From positions 5,802-69,801 of the forward strand of contig DAOVVV010000008.1 in the NCBI GenBank assembly GCA_030637025.1: DNA of 64,000 nt, given 5' to 3'. This document shows, one piece after another, positions 28,993 through 38,733 of the stretch (within the stretch, counting starts at the first letter, position 1; each line of letters starts with the position of its first letter). The stretch comes from Clostridia bacterium. GTDB lineage: Bacteria > CBDUZB01 > JAGLHV01. Under the pieces are notes generated by a model. It did no database searches, was not told the origin of the DNA, and was given only the letters and a program-made list of their open reading frames with translations. A program made the translations under genes and the position numbers.

Positions 28993-30606
28993 ATGCAGAA
29001 ATATTCTTTTGATGCTGTTATTTTTGACTTGGATGGTGTTGTTACTAAAACAGCCCTTCTACATTCTGAAGCATGGAAAGAAACTTTTGATCAATATTTA
29101 CAACAAAGAAAAAACAAGAACAATAAACCTTTTCGCGAGTTTACCCATGAGGATGATTATCTTCCTTTTGTTGATGGTAAACCTAAATACGAGGGGGTTA
29201 AGAGTTTTTTTCAATCACGCGGAATTAATATTCCCTTTGGTGACCCCTCCGATACTGCCGATAAAAATACTATTTGTGGTGTTGGCAATAAAAAAAATAT
29301 TCTTTTTAGACAATTACTTAAAAAAAGGGGAGCAGAGACTTATCCTAGTACCATTCAATTTATAAAAAATCTGAAGGAATCAGGCATCAGAGTAGGGGTT
29401 GCTTCGTCTTCGAGAAATTGTGAAACCATTCTGGAATCCGTAGGTTTAGAAAAATTGTTCGAGACAAGAGTTGACGGGGTAGTTTCTGCACAACTTAAGC
29501 TTAAAGGTAAACCGGAAGGAGATATTTTTGTTAAAGCGTCACGTAATTTAAATGCCGTCCCATCCAAAACTGTTATAGTGGAAGATGCTATTTCAGGAAT
29601 TCAGGCAGGAAGAAACGGAGGATTTGGATTGGTTCTTGGTGTAGCAAGGAACAATAATGAATCTGAGCTTATTGAAAACGGGGCAGATATTGTAGTTAGC
29701 GATTTAGCAAAAATAAGCATGGAATATATTGAAAAGTGGTTTCACCGCAAGCCGTTATCTTTACCTTCTTTTTTAGAAAGCAACAAAGAAACAATAAATA
29801 ATTTATCCGAAAACAGAACGAATGGAAAAGATGTAATTATTAATTCCCACTATAATCACAATAATATATCCACCCTTTTTAACAAAAAAAAAGTTGTATT
29901 TCTGGATTATGACGGCACTTTGACTCCCATTGTAGAACGGCCGGAACTGGCTGTTTTGTCATCGGAAATGAGAGCGGCGATAAAACATCTTGCTGAAAAA
30001 TATACTGTTGCTATTGTTAGCGGAAGAATGAGAGAAGATGTAGAAAAACTTGTTGGAATTAAGGGGATTTTTTATGCAGGAAGTCATGGTTTTGATATTA
30101 TGGGCCCCGGTTTTTCTATGATGCATCCTAAAGTTAAAGAAATTATGCCGGTTATTTCGCAAATAATCAAACAGCTTTCTGAAAAATTGAGTGATATACA
30201 GGGGATATTAATTGAAGAAAAAAAATTTAGTGTAGCTGTTCACTATCGTCTTGTTGAGCAACAATATTTGCCTCGGATTAAAGAAATTATCGATGAGATT
30301 ATTAAAGACCAAAATAAAATTTGTTTAATGAGCGGGAAAAAAGTTTTTGAAATTTTACCTGATATTGATTGGGATAAAGGCAAGGCAGTACGATGGATTA
30401 TAGACGCTTTAAAAGTTTCCTGGCAAGATGTCTGTGTGGTCTACATCGGAGATGATGTTACCGATGAATATGCCTTTAGAACGCTCCGTACAAGAGGGTT
30501 TGGAATTTTAGTTTCTAACGAATCTAAAGAATCGGCTGCGGATTTTAGACTATCTTCAACAGAAGAAGTAAAAAAATTGTTTGAGAAGGTTGTTGCTCAT
30601 GCCTGA
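28993..30606 (+). CDS. fusion: beta-phosphoglucomutase-like HAD hydrolase (N) + trehalose-6-phosphate phosphatase (C)
   Basis: Two HAD DxD motifs: AVIFDLDGVVT (beta-PGM-like, with cap) and VVFLDYDGTLTP (OtsB-like). Start chosen at the ATG after aaaggggag. Confidence 0.7.
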   Translation: MQKYSFDAVIFDLDGVVTKTALLHSEAWKETFDQYLQQRKNKNNKPFREFTHEDDYLPFVDGKPKYEGVKSFFQSRGINIPFGDPSDTADKNTICGVGNKKNILFRQLLKKRGAETYPSTIQFIKNLKESGIRVGVASSSRNCETILESVGLEKLFETRVDGVVSAQLKLKGKPEGDIFVKASRNLNAVPSKTVIVEDAISGIQAGRNGGFGLVLGVARNNNESELIENGADIVVSDLAKISMEYIEKWFHRKPLSLPSFLESNKETINNLSENRTNGKDVIINSHYNHNNISTLFNKKKVVFLDYDGTLTPIVERPELAVLSSEMRAAIKHLAEKYTVAIVSGRMREDVEKLVGIKGIFYAGSHGFDIMGPGFSMMHPKVKEIMPVISQIIKQLSEKLSDIQGILIEEKKFSVAVHYRLVEQQYLPRIKEIIDEIIKDQNKICLMSGKKVFEILPDIDWDKGKAVRWIIDALKVSWQDVCVVYIGDDVTDEYAFRTLRTRGFGILVSNESKESAADFRLSSTEEVKKLFEKVVAHA

Positions 30607-33451
30607 AAAAGCGAATGAGGATATTAATAAAACTTCTAATTGGAAATTATCTTATAACCAATTTCAACCGGTGCAGGAGGGACTAAGAGAATCGCTTTGT
30701 ACTCTGGGGAATGGTTATTTAGGAACCAGGGGAGCTATTTATGAATCTCCTGCTTCCAGGGTACATTATCCGGGTACTTACATTGCCGGAGTTTATAACG
30801 AATTGCCTACAATTATTGCCGGGAGAAAAACATTAAACGAAGATTTTGTTAATTGTCCTAATTGGTTGTTTTTAACTTTTAAAAATGAAAAAGGAAATTG
30901 GGTTTCTCTTTCCACCAGTAAAATTCTTTTTTATCATCAAGAACTTGATTTTCGCCGGGGAGTTCTTATAAGAAAGGTCCGGCTTCAGAATGATAATGGA
31001 CAAATAACCACTATTGAAACAGAAAGGATTGTCCATTTAGTATATCCGCATTGTGTTGCAATTAAATATACCGTTATTCCTGAAAATTATGAAGGTTTCA
31101 TAACAATAAAATCAGCACTTGATGGAACAGTACAAAATACCGGTGTTCCTAGATATAGACAATTAAACTCTAAACATCTGATGCCTTCTTCCCTGGGAAG
31201 CTTTGATAATAACGGGGTTTATCTGGCAATGAAAACGACCCAATCCAATATTAAAATTTGCCAGGCAGCAAAAGTGCTGATATCTATTAACGGCAAAAAA
31301 ATTAAATCAGTAAATAAAGTTTCGACTAAAAAGAAAGAAAAAATTGAGCAGGAATTTAAAGTATTTGTGCGTCAACAACAACGCTGTGAGATTGAAAAAA
31401 TCGTTACTATTTATACCTCTAAAGATAAAGATATTAGTAATCCGCTTTCTTCCGCTATTAATTCAGTAAAAAAACATCCCGGATTTGATGTGCTTTTTAA
31501 AACTCATCAATCTGCGTGGAAAGATTTATGGAAAAAATTTGATATTCAAATTAACGGTGATGCTTTTTCCCAAAAAGTACTAAGACTGCATATTTTCCAT
31601 TTATTGCAAACAGCCTCTATTCATAATACTAAGATTGATGCCGGACTTCCAGCCAGAGGATTACATGGAGAAGCTTATCGCGGGCATATTTTTTGGGATG
31701 AACTTTTTGTTATGTCTTTTTTTGATTTCCATAGTCCGGAAATATCAAAAGCATTGCTTTTATATAGATACCAGCGTCTTATACCTGCCAGAAAATCTGC
31801 GAAAAAAAGCGGATATAAGGGAGCAATGTTTCCCTGGCAGAGCGGTTCTGACGGCAAGGAAAAAACTCAGTTTATTCATTTGAATCCAATGTCAGGTAAA
31901 TGGGGGCCCGATCATACTTATGTGCAAAGGCATGTTTCCTTTGCTATTGCTTATAATGTATGGCAATATTGGAAAAAATCTAACGACCTGGATTTTCTTG
32001 TAAATTACGGGGCTGAAATAATACTGTCAATTGCTCAATTCGGAGCCAGTCTTGCCCAATATGACGTTGAAGATAGTAGATATCATACCCATGACCTTAT
32101 GGGCCCCGATGAATTTCACGAAAAAGTTTCTAATTCACAAAAGCCCGGATTTAAAGATAATGCTTATACTAATTTGTTAATTGTGTGGACATTACTTAAA
32201 GCAAAAGAAGTTATTGCTATTTTACCTCCACAGCATCGAACCAAGATAATTAAGAAATTAAAACTTGATCAAACTGAATTACTGCGATGGAAAGATATTA
32301 CCCGTAAGATGAAGATATCTATCAATAATGAAGGCATTATTGGCCAGTTTGACGGATATTTTAAATTAAAAGAATTAAATTGGGATGCTTACAGAAGAAA
32401 ATATGATAAAATCGAACGTATGGATAGAATTTTAAAAGCGGAAGGAAAATCACCGAACGATTATAAAGCAGCCAAGCAAGCAGATGTTTTGATGCTCTTT
32501 TACTTATTTCCTTTATTTGAAATAAAAGATTTGTTTCATCGGTTAGGATATAGGTTTGATCGGTACGTTTTGAAAAGAAATTATGAATATTATATAAAAA
32601 GAACTTCACATGGCTCAAGTTTGAGTAAAGTTGTTCACTGTTACATTTCTTATTTATTAGGAAAGTCAAAAGAAGGATGGCAGTGGTTTTCCAGTGTTCT
32701 CAAATCAGATATTTATGATGTTCAGGGAGGAACAACTGTTGAGGGTATTCATACCGGCATAATGGGTGGTTCCATTGATATGGTGGTAAGAGGATTCGCC
32801 GGAGTATATATGGGGGAGCAGATAATTAATATTACTCCTAATCTTCCTCCTCATTGGCAAAGTCTCAGGCTTAAATTTTGTTATAGGAGAAATTGGTTTT
32901 CTTTATTTATAACTAAAGAACAAATTACTATTTCTATAGCCGGATCCAAATCCAAAGAATTTGCTGTTCCCGTTAAAATCCATGGAAAATTATATCATTT
33001 CTTTTTTGGAAAAAAATATAGTATTTCTCTTGAAAAAAATATTAAGGGGAAAGGGAATTCGAAAATGATACAAAAAAGGATATTAATTGTTGACGGAAAT
33101 ATTACTCAAACGGAAATACTAAAAACAAGATTACAAGCTATGGGTTATTTAATAGATTGTGCCCACACGGGTAAAGAAGCTTTGGATGTTTTAGAAACCA
33201 AATGGGTAGATTTAATTATATCTGCTATTATTTTTCAAGGAGGAATGAACGGTTTTCAATTTTTTAAAGAAGTAAAAAAGAGGAAACGGCTTTCAAAAAT
33301 ACCTATTGCTATGCAAAGCAGTAAAGCTGCAATGAAAAAAATATTTGAGATAATGGGAGTAGATATCTTTTTTGTTAAACCGTATTCTGTAGATTTATTT
33401 TTGAACGAAGTAAAAAATATTTTAAATAAAGAAGATATTTGTTCTCAGTAG
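30599..33451 (+). CDS. GH65 glycoside phosphorylase (trehalose/kojibiose/maltose phosphorylase family) fused to a C-terminal degenerate receiver (pseudo-REC) domain
   Basis: GH65 N-terminal, catalytic (alpha/alpha)6 and C-terminal domains. An in-frame CheY-like domain at the last ~125 aa has DD->DG and phospho-Asp->Ala changes. The ATG at 30599 overlaps the upstream stop (ATGCCTGA). Confidence 0.7.
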   Translation: MPEKANEDINKTSNWKLSYNQFQPVQEGLRESLCTLGNGYLGTRGAIYESPASRVHYPGTYIAGVYNELPTIIAGRKTLNEDFVNCPNWLFLTFKNEKGNWVSLSTSKILFYHQELDFRRGVLIRKVRLQNDNGQITTIETERIVHLVYPHCVAIKYTVIPENYEGFITIKSALDGTVQNTGVPRYRQLNSKHLMPSSLGSFDNNGVYLAMKTTQSNIKICQAAKVLISINGKKIKSVNKVSTKKKEKIEQEFKVFVRQQQRCEIEKIVTIYTSKDKDISNPLSSAINSVKKHPGFDVLFKTHQSAWKDLWKKFDIQINGDAFSQKVLRLHIFHLLQTASIHNTKIDAGLPARGLHGEAYRGHIFWDELFVMSFFDFHSPEISKALLLYRYQRLIPARKSAKKSGYKGAMFPWQSGSDGKEKTQFIHLNPMSGKWGPDHTYVQRHVSFAIAYNVWQYWKKSNDLDFLVNYGAEIILSIAQFGASLAQYDVEDSRYHTHDLMGPDEFHEKVSNSQKPGFKDNAYTNLLIVWTLLKAKEVIAILPPQHRTKIIKKLKLDQTELLRWKDITRKMKISINNEGIIGQFDGYFKLKELNWDAYRRKYDKIERMDRILKAEGKSPNDYKAAKQADVLMLFYLFPLFEIKDLFHRLGYRFDRYVLKRNYEYYIKRTSHGSSLSKVVHCYISYLLGKSKEGWQWFSSVLKSDIYDVQGGTTVEGIHTGIMGGSIDMVVRGFAGVYMGEQIINITPNLPPHWQSLRLKFCYRRNWFSLFITKEQITISIAGSKSKEFAVPVKIHGKLYHFFFGKKYSISLEKNIKGKGNSKMIQKRILIVDGNITQTEILKTRLQAMGYLIDCAHTGKEALDVLETKWVDLIISAIIFQGGMNGFQFFKEVKKRKRLSKIPIAMQSSKAAMKKIFEIMGVDIFFVKPYSVDLFLNEVKNILNKEDICSQ

Positions 33452-33502
33452 AATAAAAATATCTTAAAACAGAATAATTTTTTTCTAAAGGAGGTTTTTA
33501 AA

Positions 33503-33979
33503 ATGATAAAAAGCACAAAATTCAGATTAAAAGATTTAACCAAGAAATTAAAAGCAATTAAAGCAGAAGATATTATGACTAAAAAAGTTATTACCACGAC
33601 GGAAAGCACAACTTTAGCCGATATTGCTGAAATAATGATTAAAGAAAAAATAAACGGGATACCGGTAATAGGAAAAAAAGGTAAAATAATCGGGTTAATT
33701 ACTAATACTGATCTTTTTCTGGTGATGGATATGATAAAGTCAGGAGAGGTTATAAAAAACGGAATGGAACCGATTTCTAATCCAACGGTAAAATTTGCTA
33801 TGTCCACCGAAGTTATTAAGATAAAAAAAGACACAACCCTGGATGAAATTCTTACCTTAATGAAATACAAAAATGCACATACTTTTCCTGTTTTTGAAGG
33901 AAGTAAAATGGTTGGAGTAATTGGAAGACGCGATGTTTTTAAAAACTTTTACGCTATAGAAAAAGATTTGTATCTATAA
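33503..33979 (+). CDS. CBS-pair domain protein
   Basis: Two CBS motifs (DIMTKKVITT...; VKFAMSTEVIKI...). Confidence 0.7.
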   Translation: MIKSTKFRLKDLTKKLKAIKAEDIMTKKVITTTESTTLADIAEIMIKEKINGIPVIGKKGKIIGLITNTDLFLVMDMIKSGEVIKNGMEPISNPTVKFAMSTEVIKIKKDTTLDEILTLMKYKNAHTFPVFEGSKMVGVIGRRDVFKNFYAIEKDLYL

Positions 33980-34027
33980 AAAAACATGGTAAATCAATTC
34001 AATAAATTTAAGTTTACGGGGAAAAAA

Positions 34028-35494
34028 ATGAAAATTTCAGTAAAAATAATATTGTCAATGATTTTATGCTGCCTGGCTACTGTTAATGTACAGGCCAAAA
34101 CTAATATAAAAGAAGCTATCGTAAAAATATATACTGTTTGCAACCGATATAATTATTATGAACCATGGCAAATGCGCGGTCAAAGAAGAGGAACGGGTTC
34201 AGGGTGCATAATTAATGGCAACAGAATATTAACTAATGCTCATGTAATTGCGGACCAAACCTTTATCCAGGTAAAACGGGCCGGACAATCAAAGAAATAT
34301 ACAGCAGAAGTAGAAATTGTAGCTCACGAATGTGACCTTGCTATTTTGAAGGTTAAAGACGATTCATTTTTTACAGGGGTTAAACCGTTGCAGATTGGGA
34401 AATTAGCAGAAGTGAGAGATAAAGTTGCTGTTTATGGTTTTCCGGTAGGTGGTGATGAATTGTGTATTACCGAAGGGGTAGTTTCTCGCATAGAACATCA
34501 GGCATATACTCATAGTAAGGCCCATTTATTAACCTGTCAAATTGATGCTACCATTAATCCCGGGAATAGCGGGGGACCTGTAGTCAAAAATAATAAAATA
34601 GTTGGAATAGCCTTTCAAGCAGGTGCAGGTGAAAATATTGGATATATGGTTTCTGTGCCGGTTATTAATCATTTTTTACAGGACATAAAAAATAATAAGT
34701 ACGATGGAATCCCTGATATTGGTATTTCCTGTCAAAAAATGGAAAATTATGCCCTCAGAAAAAAATATAATATGAACTCTAAACAAACAGGATTGTTGAT
34801 AAATAAAATTTATCCCGGCTCTTCTGCCGAGGGAAGATTAAAATCCGAAGATATAATCCTTGCTGTAGACAATAAAAATGTCGAAAATGACGGAACAATA
34901 GAATTCCGAGAAAATGAAAGAACATTTTTTATATATGTAATTCAAAATAAATATATCAATGATACTGTTAATTTTAATATTCTAAGAGAGAGTAAAATTA
35001 TTAATGTAAAAATAAAATTGACCACCCCGGTAAATTTTTGGCGGTTAGTTCCGCATCAACAGTATGATATTGCTCCGACTTATTATATTTTAGGCGGATT
35101 GGTGTTTGAACCTTTAACTCTGGATTTTTTAAATGAATGGGGTGGAGATTGGAATAATGATGCCCTTAAGAATTTAATCAACTATTATTATTCCGGAGAA
35201 ATATTATCCGAGCGAAAAGAAATAGTCATACTGGTGCAGGTTTTAGCCGATGAAATTAATACAGGCTATCATGATTGGAAATATAATGTAATTTCTTATG
35301 TTAATGGCCAAAAGGTAAGCATCATAAGTGATTTGGTGACCGCGATTGAAAAACATAAAGGAAAATATCATACAATAGTAGATGAACGCGGATATAAAAT
35401 AGTTTTAGATAAAAATGAAGTTGATAAGAACAATCAAAGAATTTTAAAAAAATATAAAATTAATTTTGACCGTTCGGAAGATTTAAAAAAATGA
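34028..35494 (+). CDS. secreted trypsin-like (S1/HtrA-like) serine protease
   Basis: Signal peptide, catalytic His (LTNAHV), Asp (CDLAIL) and Ser (GNSGGPV), then a ~250-aa C-terminal extension. Confidence 0.7.
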   Translation: MKISVKIILSMILCCLATVNVQAKTNIKEAIVKIYTVCNRYNYYEPWQMRGQRRGTGSGCIINGNRILTNAHVIADQTFIQVKRAGQSKKYTAEVEIVAHECDLAILKVKDDSFFTGVKPLQIGKLAEVRDKVAVYGFPVGGDELCITEGVVSRIEHQAYTHSKAHLLTCQIDATINPGNSGGPVVKNNKIVGIAFQAGAGENIGYMVSVPVINHFLQDIKNNKYDGIPDIGISCQKMENYALRKKYNMNSKQTGLLINKIYPGSSAEGRLKSEDIILAVDNKNVENDGTIEFRENERTFFIYVIQNKYINDTVNFNILRESKIINVKIKLTTPVNFWRLVPHQQYDIAPTYYILGGLVFEPLTLDFLNEWGGDWNNDALKNLINYYYSGEILSERKEIVILVQVLADEINTGYHDWKYNVISYVNGQKVSIISDLVTAIEKHKGKYHTIVDERGYKIVLDKNEVDKNNQRILKKYKINFDRSEDLKK

Positions 35495-35496
35495 AT

Positions 35497-35730
35497 AGAG
35501 TTCTGCAAAATAACGCATTCTGTCATGCGGAATCTGTAATGTGTTTAAAATATCAATAGATTTCTGCTTTCCAGACTGTGTCGCAATCCCTTTTTTGGTA
35601 GTAGCAGGCTTTAGCCTGCGGCTACCACATGAAAATATGAGTTATGACACAGTCTGTTCGCAGGAATGACTTGCCTTATCCGCCAGTCTTTAAGGCGGAG
35701 CGGGCAGGCAAACTACTTCGCAGAAAGATT
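35497..35730 (+). mobile_element. MITE-like composite repeat (5' TIR agagttctgc) with the short palindromic element (35596-35627) and ccgccagtctttaaggcgg module nested inside
   Basis: Largest copy (~235 bp). Its 3' end lies 30 nt before the 35761 ATG. Confidence 0.55.
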
Positions 35731-35760
35731 AAAAAATAAACTAAAAGGAGGAAATTAGTA

Positions 35761-35937
35761 TGACAAAACCTGTAAGTGATTTGATTAAAGCAGTATTTAG
35801 AGTTCTGGCTTTTTTGGGCCTATATTTTTTAATAGCCGGTACATTGCTAAATACACTGGCTCTAATTTTAATCGGAGGAGTATTAATGACTGCAGGAGCA
35901 GTCCTCGGTTGGATGAATGAAAAAATAGAAAAATAGG
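35761..35937 (+). CDS. small membrane protein (58 aa)
   Basis: AAAAGGAGG RBS and one or two hydrophobic helices. Confidence 0.35.
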
Positions 35938-36173
35938 AACTAATTTCCTGGAATGATTAAATTTATTTATATAAGTCGGAATATAAAAAATTGGGATGTA
36001 AATGCCAGGAAATAATTGTGTATTGTCAACACTGCCCGGAGTGTGACCGATAGTAGATCATTGGCAAAATTGGGTTTTAAAAGGGTTAAAACCTGGTGGT
36101 AAAATTATTACCTGGAAAAAAGTAGGTCTTTAAGTCATATCCGGAGGAAAGCAAGATTAGAGAAGAACAAATT

Positions 36174-36818
36174 ATGCTTGAGAAAACGGCAACAATTCGA
36201 TTCGTTTTTTACAGATATGACTTAAACACAAATTATGATAAAAATTTGTTTTGTCCTTTTGAAATATTTATCGATGATAAACTGGTTCTTGATAAAACCC
36301 TGGGTTGTACGATAAAACCCGGTTCTGATCCGATAATAAATGTAACTACAGGAACAGAACACACTTTAACTGTAAAGTTAAAAGAAACGGATGTTGTTAA
36401 AAAAATTAAAAGGGTGTTCAATAAGAACGCTACCTTAGTAATATTCTACGATTTAAATGCTAAGGATTTAGTAATCAAGATTATCCCAGATAAAGTAAAA
36501 ATTAAAATTGATTTTTCAAATGAAATATGTTTTCAATTCGAAGATTCTATTAAAATATTTCTTGATAATGAATTAGTTTTTGACAAAATTTCATTAAATA
36601 AAAATCAAAATAATAAAATACAGGAGCACAGTTCTCAGCCGGTATTGATATTAGAATTAAAACAAGGGGAGCACTGTATAGCTGTAAAATCAAAAAAAAA
36701 TAAAATCACTAAAAAAATAAAAAGAATTTTTCATAGAAACGGAACTCTATATATTTCTTATGCGGAAAAAGATACTAAAAGCGGCAAAAAACAATTGATA
36801 GTTGATTTTAATTATTAA
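36174..36818 (+). CDS. hypothetical protein with two internally repeated ~50-aa modules (KIKRVFNKNATLVIFYD... / KIKRIFHRNGTLYISYA...)
   Basis: Internal duplication seen in the translation. No recognisable family. Confidence 0.4.
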   Translation: MLEKTATIRFVFYRYDLNTNYDKNLFCPFEIFIDDKLVLDKTLGCTIKPGSDPIINVTTGTEHTLTVKLKETDVVKKIKRVFNKNATLVIFYDLNAKDLVIKIIPDKVKIKIDFSNEICFQFEDSIKIFLDNELVFDKISLNKNQNNKIQEHSSQPVLILELKQGEHCIAVKSKKNKITKKIKRIFHRNGTLYISYAEKDTKSGKKQLIVDFNY

Positions 36819-36833
36819 AAGGAAAACATAAAA

Positions 36834-37250
36834 ATGCAGGTAAAAAAAGGCAGATTGTTTATGGGAAGATTTAAATCAAAAGTAGATCTTTTAGCTTCTT
36901 TAACTGAATTTTGTAAAGAAAAAAATATAAAATTAGGCACATTTTCCGTTATCGGAGCTTTAACTCAAGTAAAATTAGGATATTATGATCAGGACAATAA
37001 AAAATATACCGGGTGTGTAAGTTTAAATAAAAAATTGGAAATAACCACCTGTGTAGGCAACATATCCTTAAAAGATTCGGAAATTTTTGTTCATGCCCAC
37101 ATAACCTTAGCTGACCATCAGGGACAATGTTACGGAGGACATCTTATGCCTGAATCGGTTGTGTTTGCTGCTGAATATTATATTCAGGAACTTATCGGCG
37201 GCAAATTAGAAAGAAAAAATGACTCGGAAACAGGGCTGAGTTTATGGTAA
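36834..37250 (+). CDS. PPC (DUF296) domain protein
   Basis: FSVIGALTQVKLGYYD...EITTCVGNISLKD...FVHAHITLADHQGQCYGGHL matches the PPC/DUF296 pattern. Confidence 0.55.
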   Translation: MQVKKGRLFMGRFKSKVDLLASLTEFCKEKNIKLGTFSVIGALTQVKLGYYDQDNKKYTGCVSLNKKLEITTCVGNISLKDSEIFVHAHITLADHQGQCYGGHLMPESVVFAAEYYIQELIGGKLERKNDSETGLSLW

Positions 37251-37272
37251 ACTATAAAAAGCAGAGGGTGAA

Positions 37273-38013
37273 GTGAATAGAAAAAGTATTTTAATTATGA
37301 TGATAATACTTTGTTTTTTAAGTGGTTGCAAAGGAGAAACAAATAAAATGCAAGAATTTAATAGGAGTGAAGAAACGATTTTTGCTCAAGCCAGAAAAGA
37401 AATGATAGAAACCCAGATAAAGAGAAGAGGAATTAAAGACCAACGCGTGCTGGAAGCAATGTTTAAGGTCAAAAGGCATAAATTTGTTCCTCAAAGTGAA
37501 CAAAAACTTGCTTATGAAGATTATCCTTTACCCATTGGGAAAGAACAAACCATTTCTCAGCCGTATATAGTTGCCTTAATGACTGAATTATTACAGCTGG
37601 AGGGCAAAGAGAAGGTTTTGGAAATTGGAACAGGTTCCGGGTATCAGGCGGCTATATTAGCGGAATTAGCTAATGAAGTTTATACTATTGAAATATTAGA
37701 ACCCTTAGCCATAAATGCGGAAAAAGTACTCCGGGAACTGGATTACAGTAATGTTACTGTAAAATGTGGTGACGGCTATTTGGGCTGGGAAGAATATGCT
37801 CCTTTTGATAGTATTATTGTCACCTGCGCTCCACCCTATATTCCCCAACCTTTAATTGACCAATTAGCTGAGGGCGGAAAAATGGTTATTCCGGTGGGAA
37901 TACACTATCAGGAATTAAAATTGTTAAAAAAAATAAAGGGAAAAATAAAAACCACTAATATCATCCCGGTCAGGTTCGTACCAATGACCAGGGAAAGTGA
38001 TGAAGATAATTAA
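37273..38013 (+). CDS. pcm: protein-L-isoaspartate O-methyltransferase with N-terminal lipoprotein signal peptide (GTG start)
   Basis: VLEIGTGSGYQAAILA motif I plus the PIMT pre- and post-motifs. N-terminal MNRKSILIMMIILCFLSGC lipobox. Confidence 0.8.
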   Translation: MNRKSILIMMIILCFLSGCKGETNKMQEFNRSEETIFAQARKEMIETQIKRRGIKDQRVLEAMFKVKRHKFVPQSEQKLAYEDYPLPIGKEQTISQPYIVALMTELLQLEGKEKVLEIGTGSGYQAAILAELANEVYTIEILEPLAINAEKVLRELDYSNVTVKCGDGYLGWEEYAPFDSIIVTCAPPYIPQPLIDQLAEGGKMVIPVGIHYQELKLLKKIKGKIKTTNIIPVRFVPMTRESDEDN

Positions 38014-38038
38014 TCAATACAGAAGAAAGTTAATTTAA

Positions 38039-38728
38039 ATGTCTAAAGAAAAAATCTTAGTTATTGAGGACGATAAACATCTTTCCAAACTTATCAAGTA
38101 TAACATGGAAAAGGCTGGTTTTGACTGTGTAGCAACTCCAACCGGAGAAATAGCATTAAAAACCTTAGACAGACAACCAGTTGATTTGATTATATTGGAT
38201 ATAATGCTTCCTAAAATGGACGGACTTCAGGTTTGTAAACAAATAAAACAAGATAAAAAATTAGCTGCCATTCCCATCATTATGTTAACCGCCAAAGGTG
38301 AAGAAATAGATAGGATTGTCGGATTTGAGCTGGGTGCGGATGATTATATAGTTAAACCGTTTAGTGTGCGGGAATTAATTTTGAGAATAAAAGCAATCCT
38401 GAAACGAAATAAAAAAGAAAAAACTCTGCAAAACATATTAACTGCAGGCAAACTAACCATTGATATTCCCCGGCATAAAGTAATGGTAAATAAAAAAGAA
38501 ATAGAATTAACCCTGATTGAATTTAAGCTTTTAGTTACTCTTATAGAAAGAAAAGGCAGGGTTCAATCACGGGATCGATTATTAGATGATGTATGGGATA
38601 TATCCTCTGAGGTTACTACCCGAACTGTAGATACGCATGTTAAAAGGCTAAGACAAAAATTAGGCCCGGCGGGAAACTTAATTGAAACTGTGAGGGGAAT
38701 CGGATACAGGTTTGCTGACGGGGGATAA
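38039..38728 (+). CDS. phoB: OmpR-family response regulator, phosphate regulon
   Basis: REC domain with an intact DD...D...K set, plus a winged-helix C-terminus. Adjacent to phoR and pst. Confidence 0.85.
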   Translation: MSKEKILVIEDDKHLSKLIKYNMEKAGFDCVATPTGEIALKTLDRQPVDLIILDIMLPKMDGLQVCKQIKQDKKLAAIPIIMLTAKGEEIDRIVGFELGADDYIVKPFSVRELILRIKAILKRNKKEKTLQNILTAGKLTIDIPRHKVMVNKKEIELTLIEFKLLVTLIERKGRVQSRDRLLDDVWDISSEVTTRTVDTHVKRLRQKLGPAGNLIETVRGIGYRFADGG

Positions 38729-38733
38729 TTATT

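Noticed and set aside
30581-30598. ORF-track start of the GH65 gene at 30581, and similar track starts at 22560, 25440 and 11693
   Set aside because: The first codon is TTG, or lies far upstream of a much better ATG with a Shine-Dalgarno site. Starts were moved to 30599, 22584, 25455 and 11726.
35940-36173. Inverted repeat tttcctgg...ccaggaaa with a 52-nt loop, and a near-palindrome cactgcccggagtg
   Set aside because: The stems are short (8 bp or fewer) or imperfect, and the context is an ordinary intergenic spacer. Not distinguishable from chance in AT-rich DNA.
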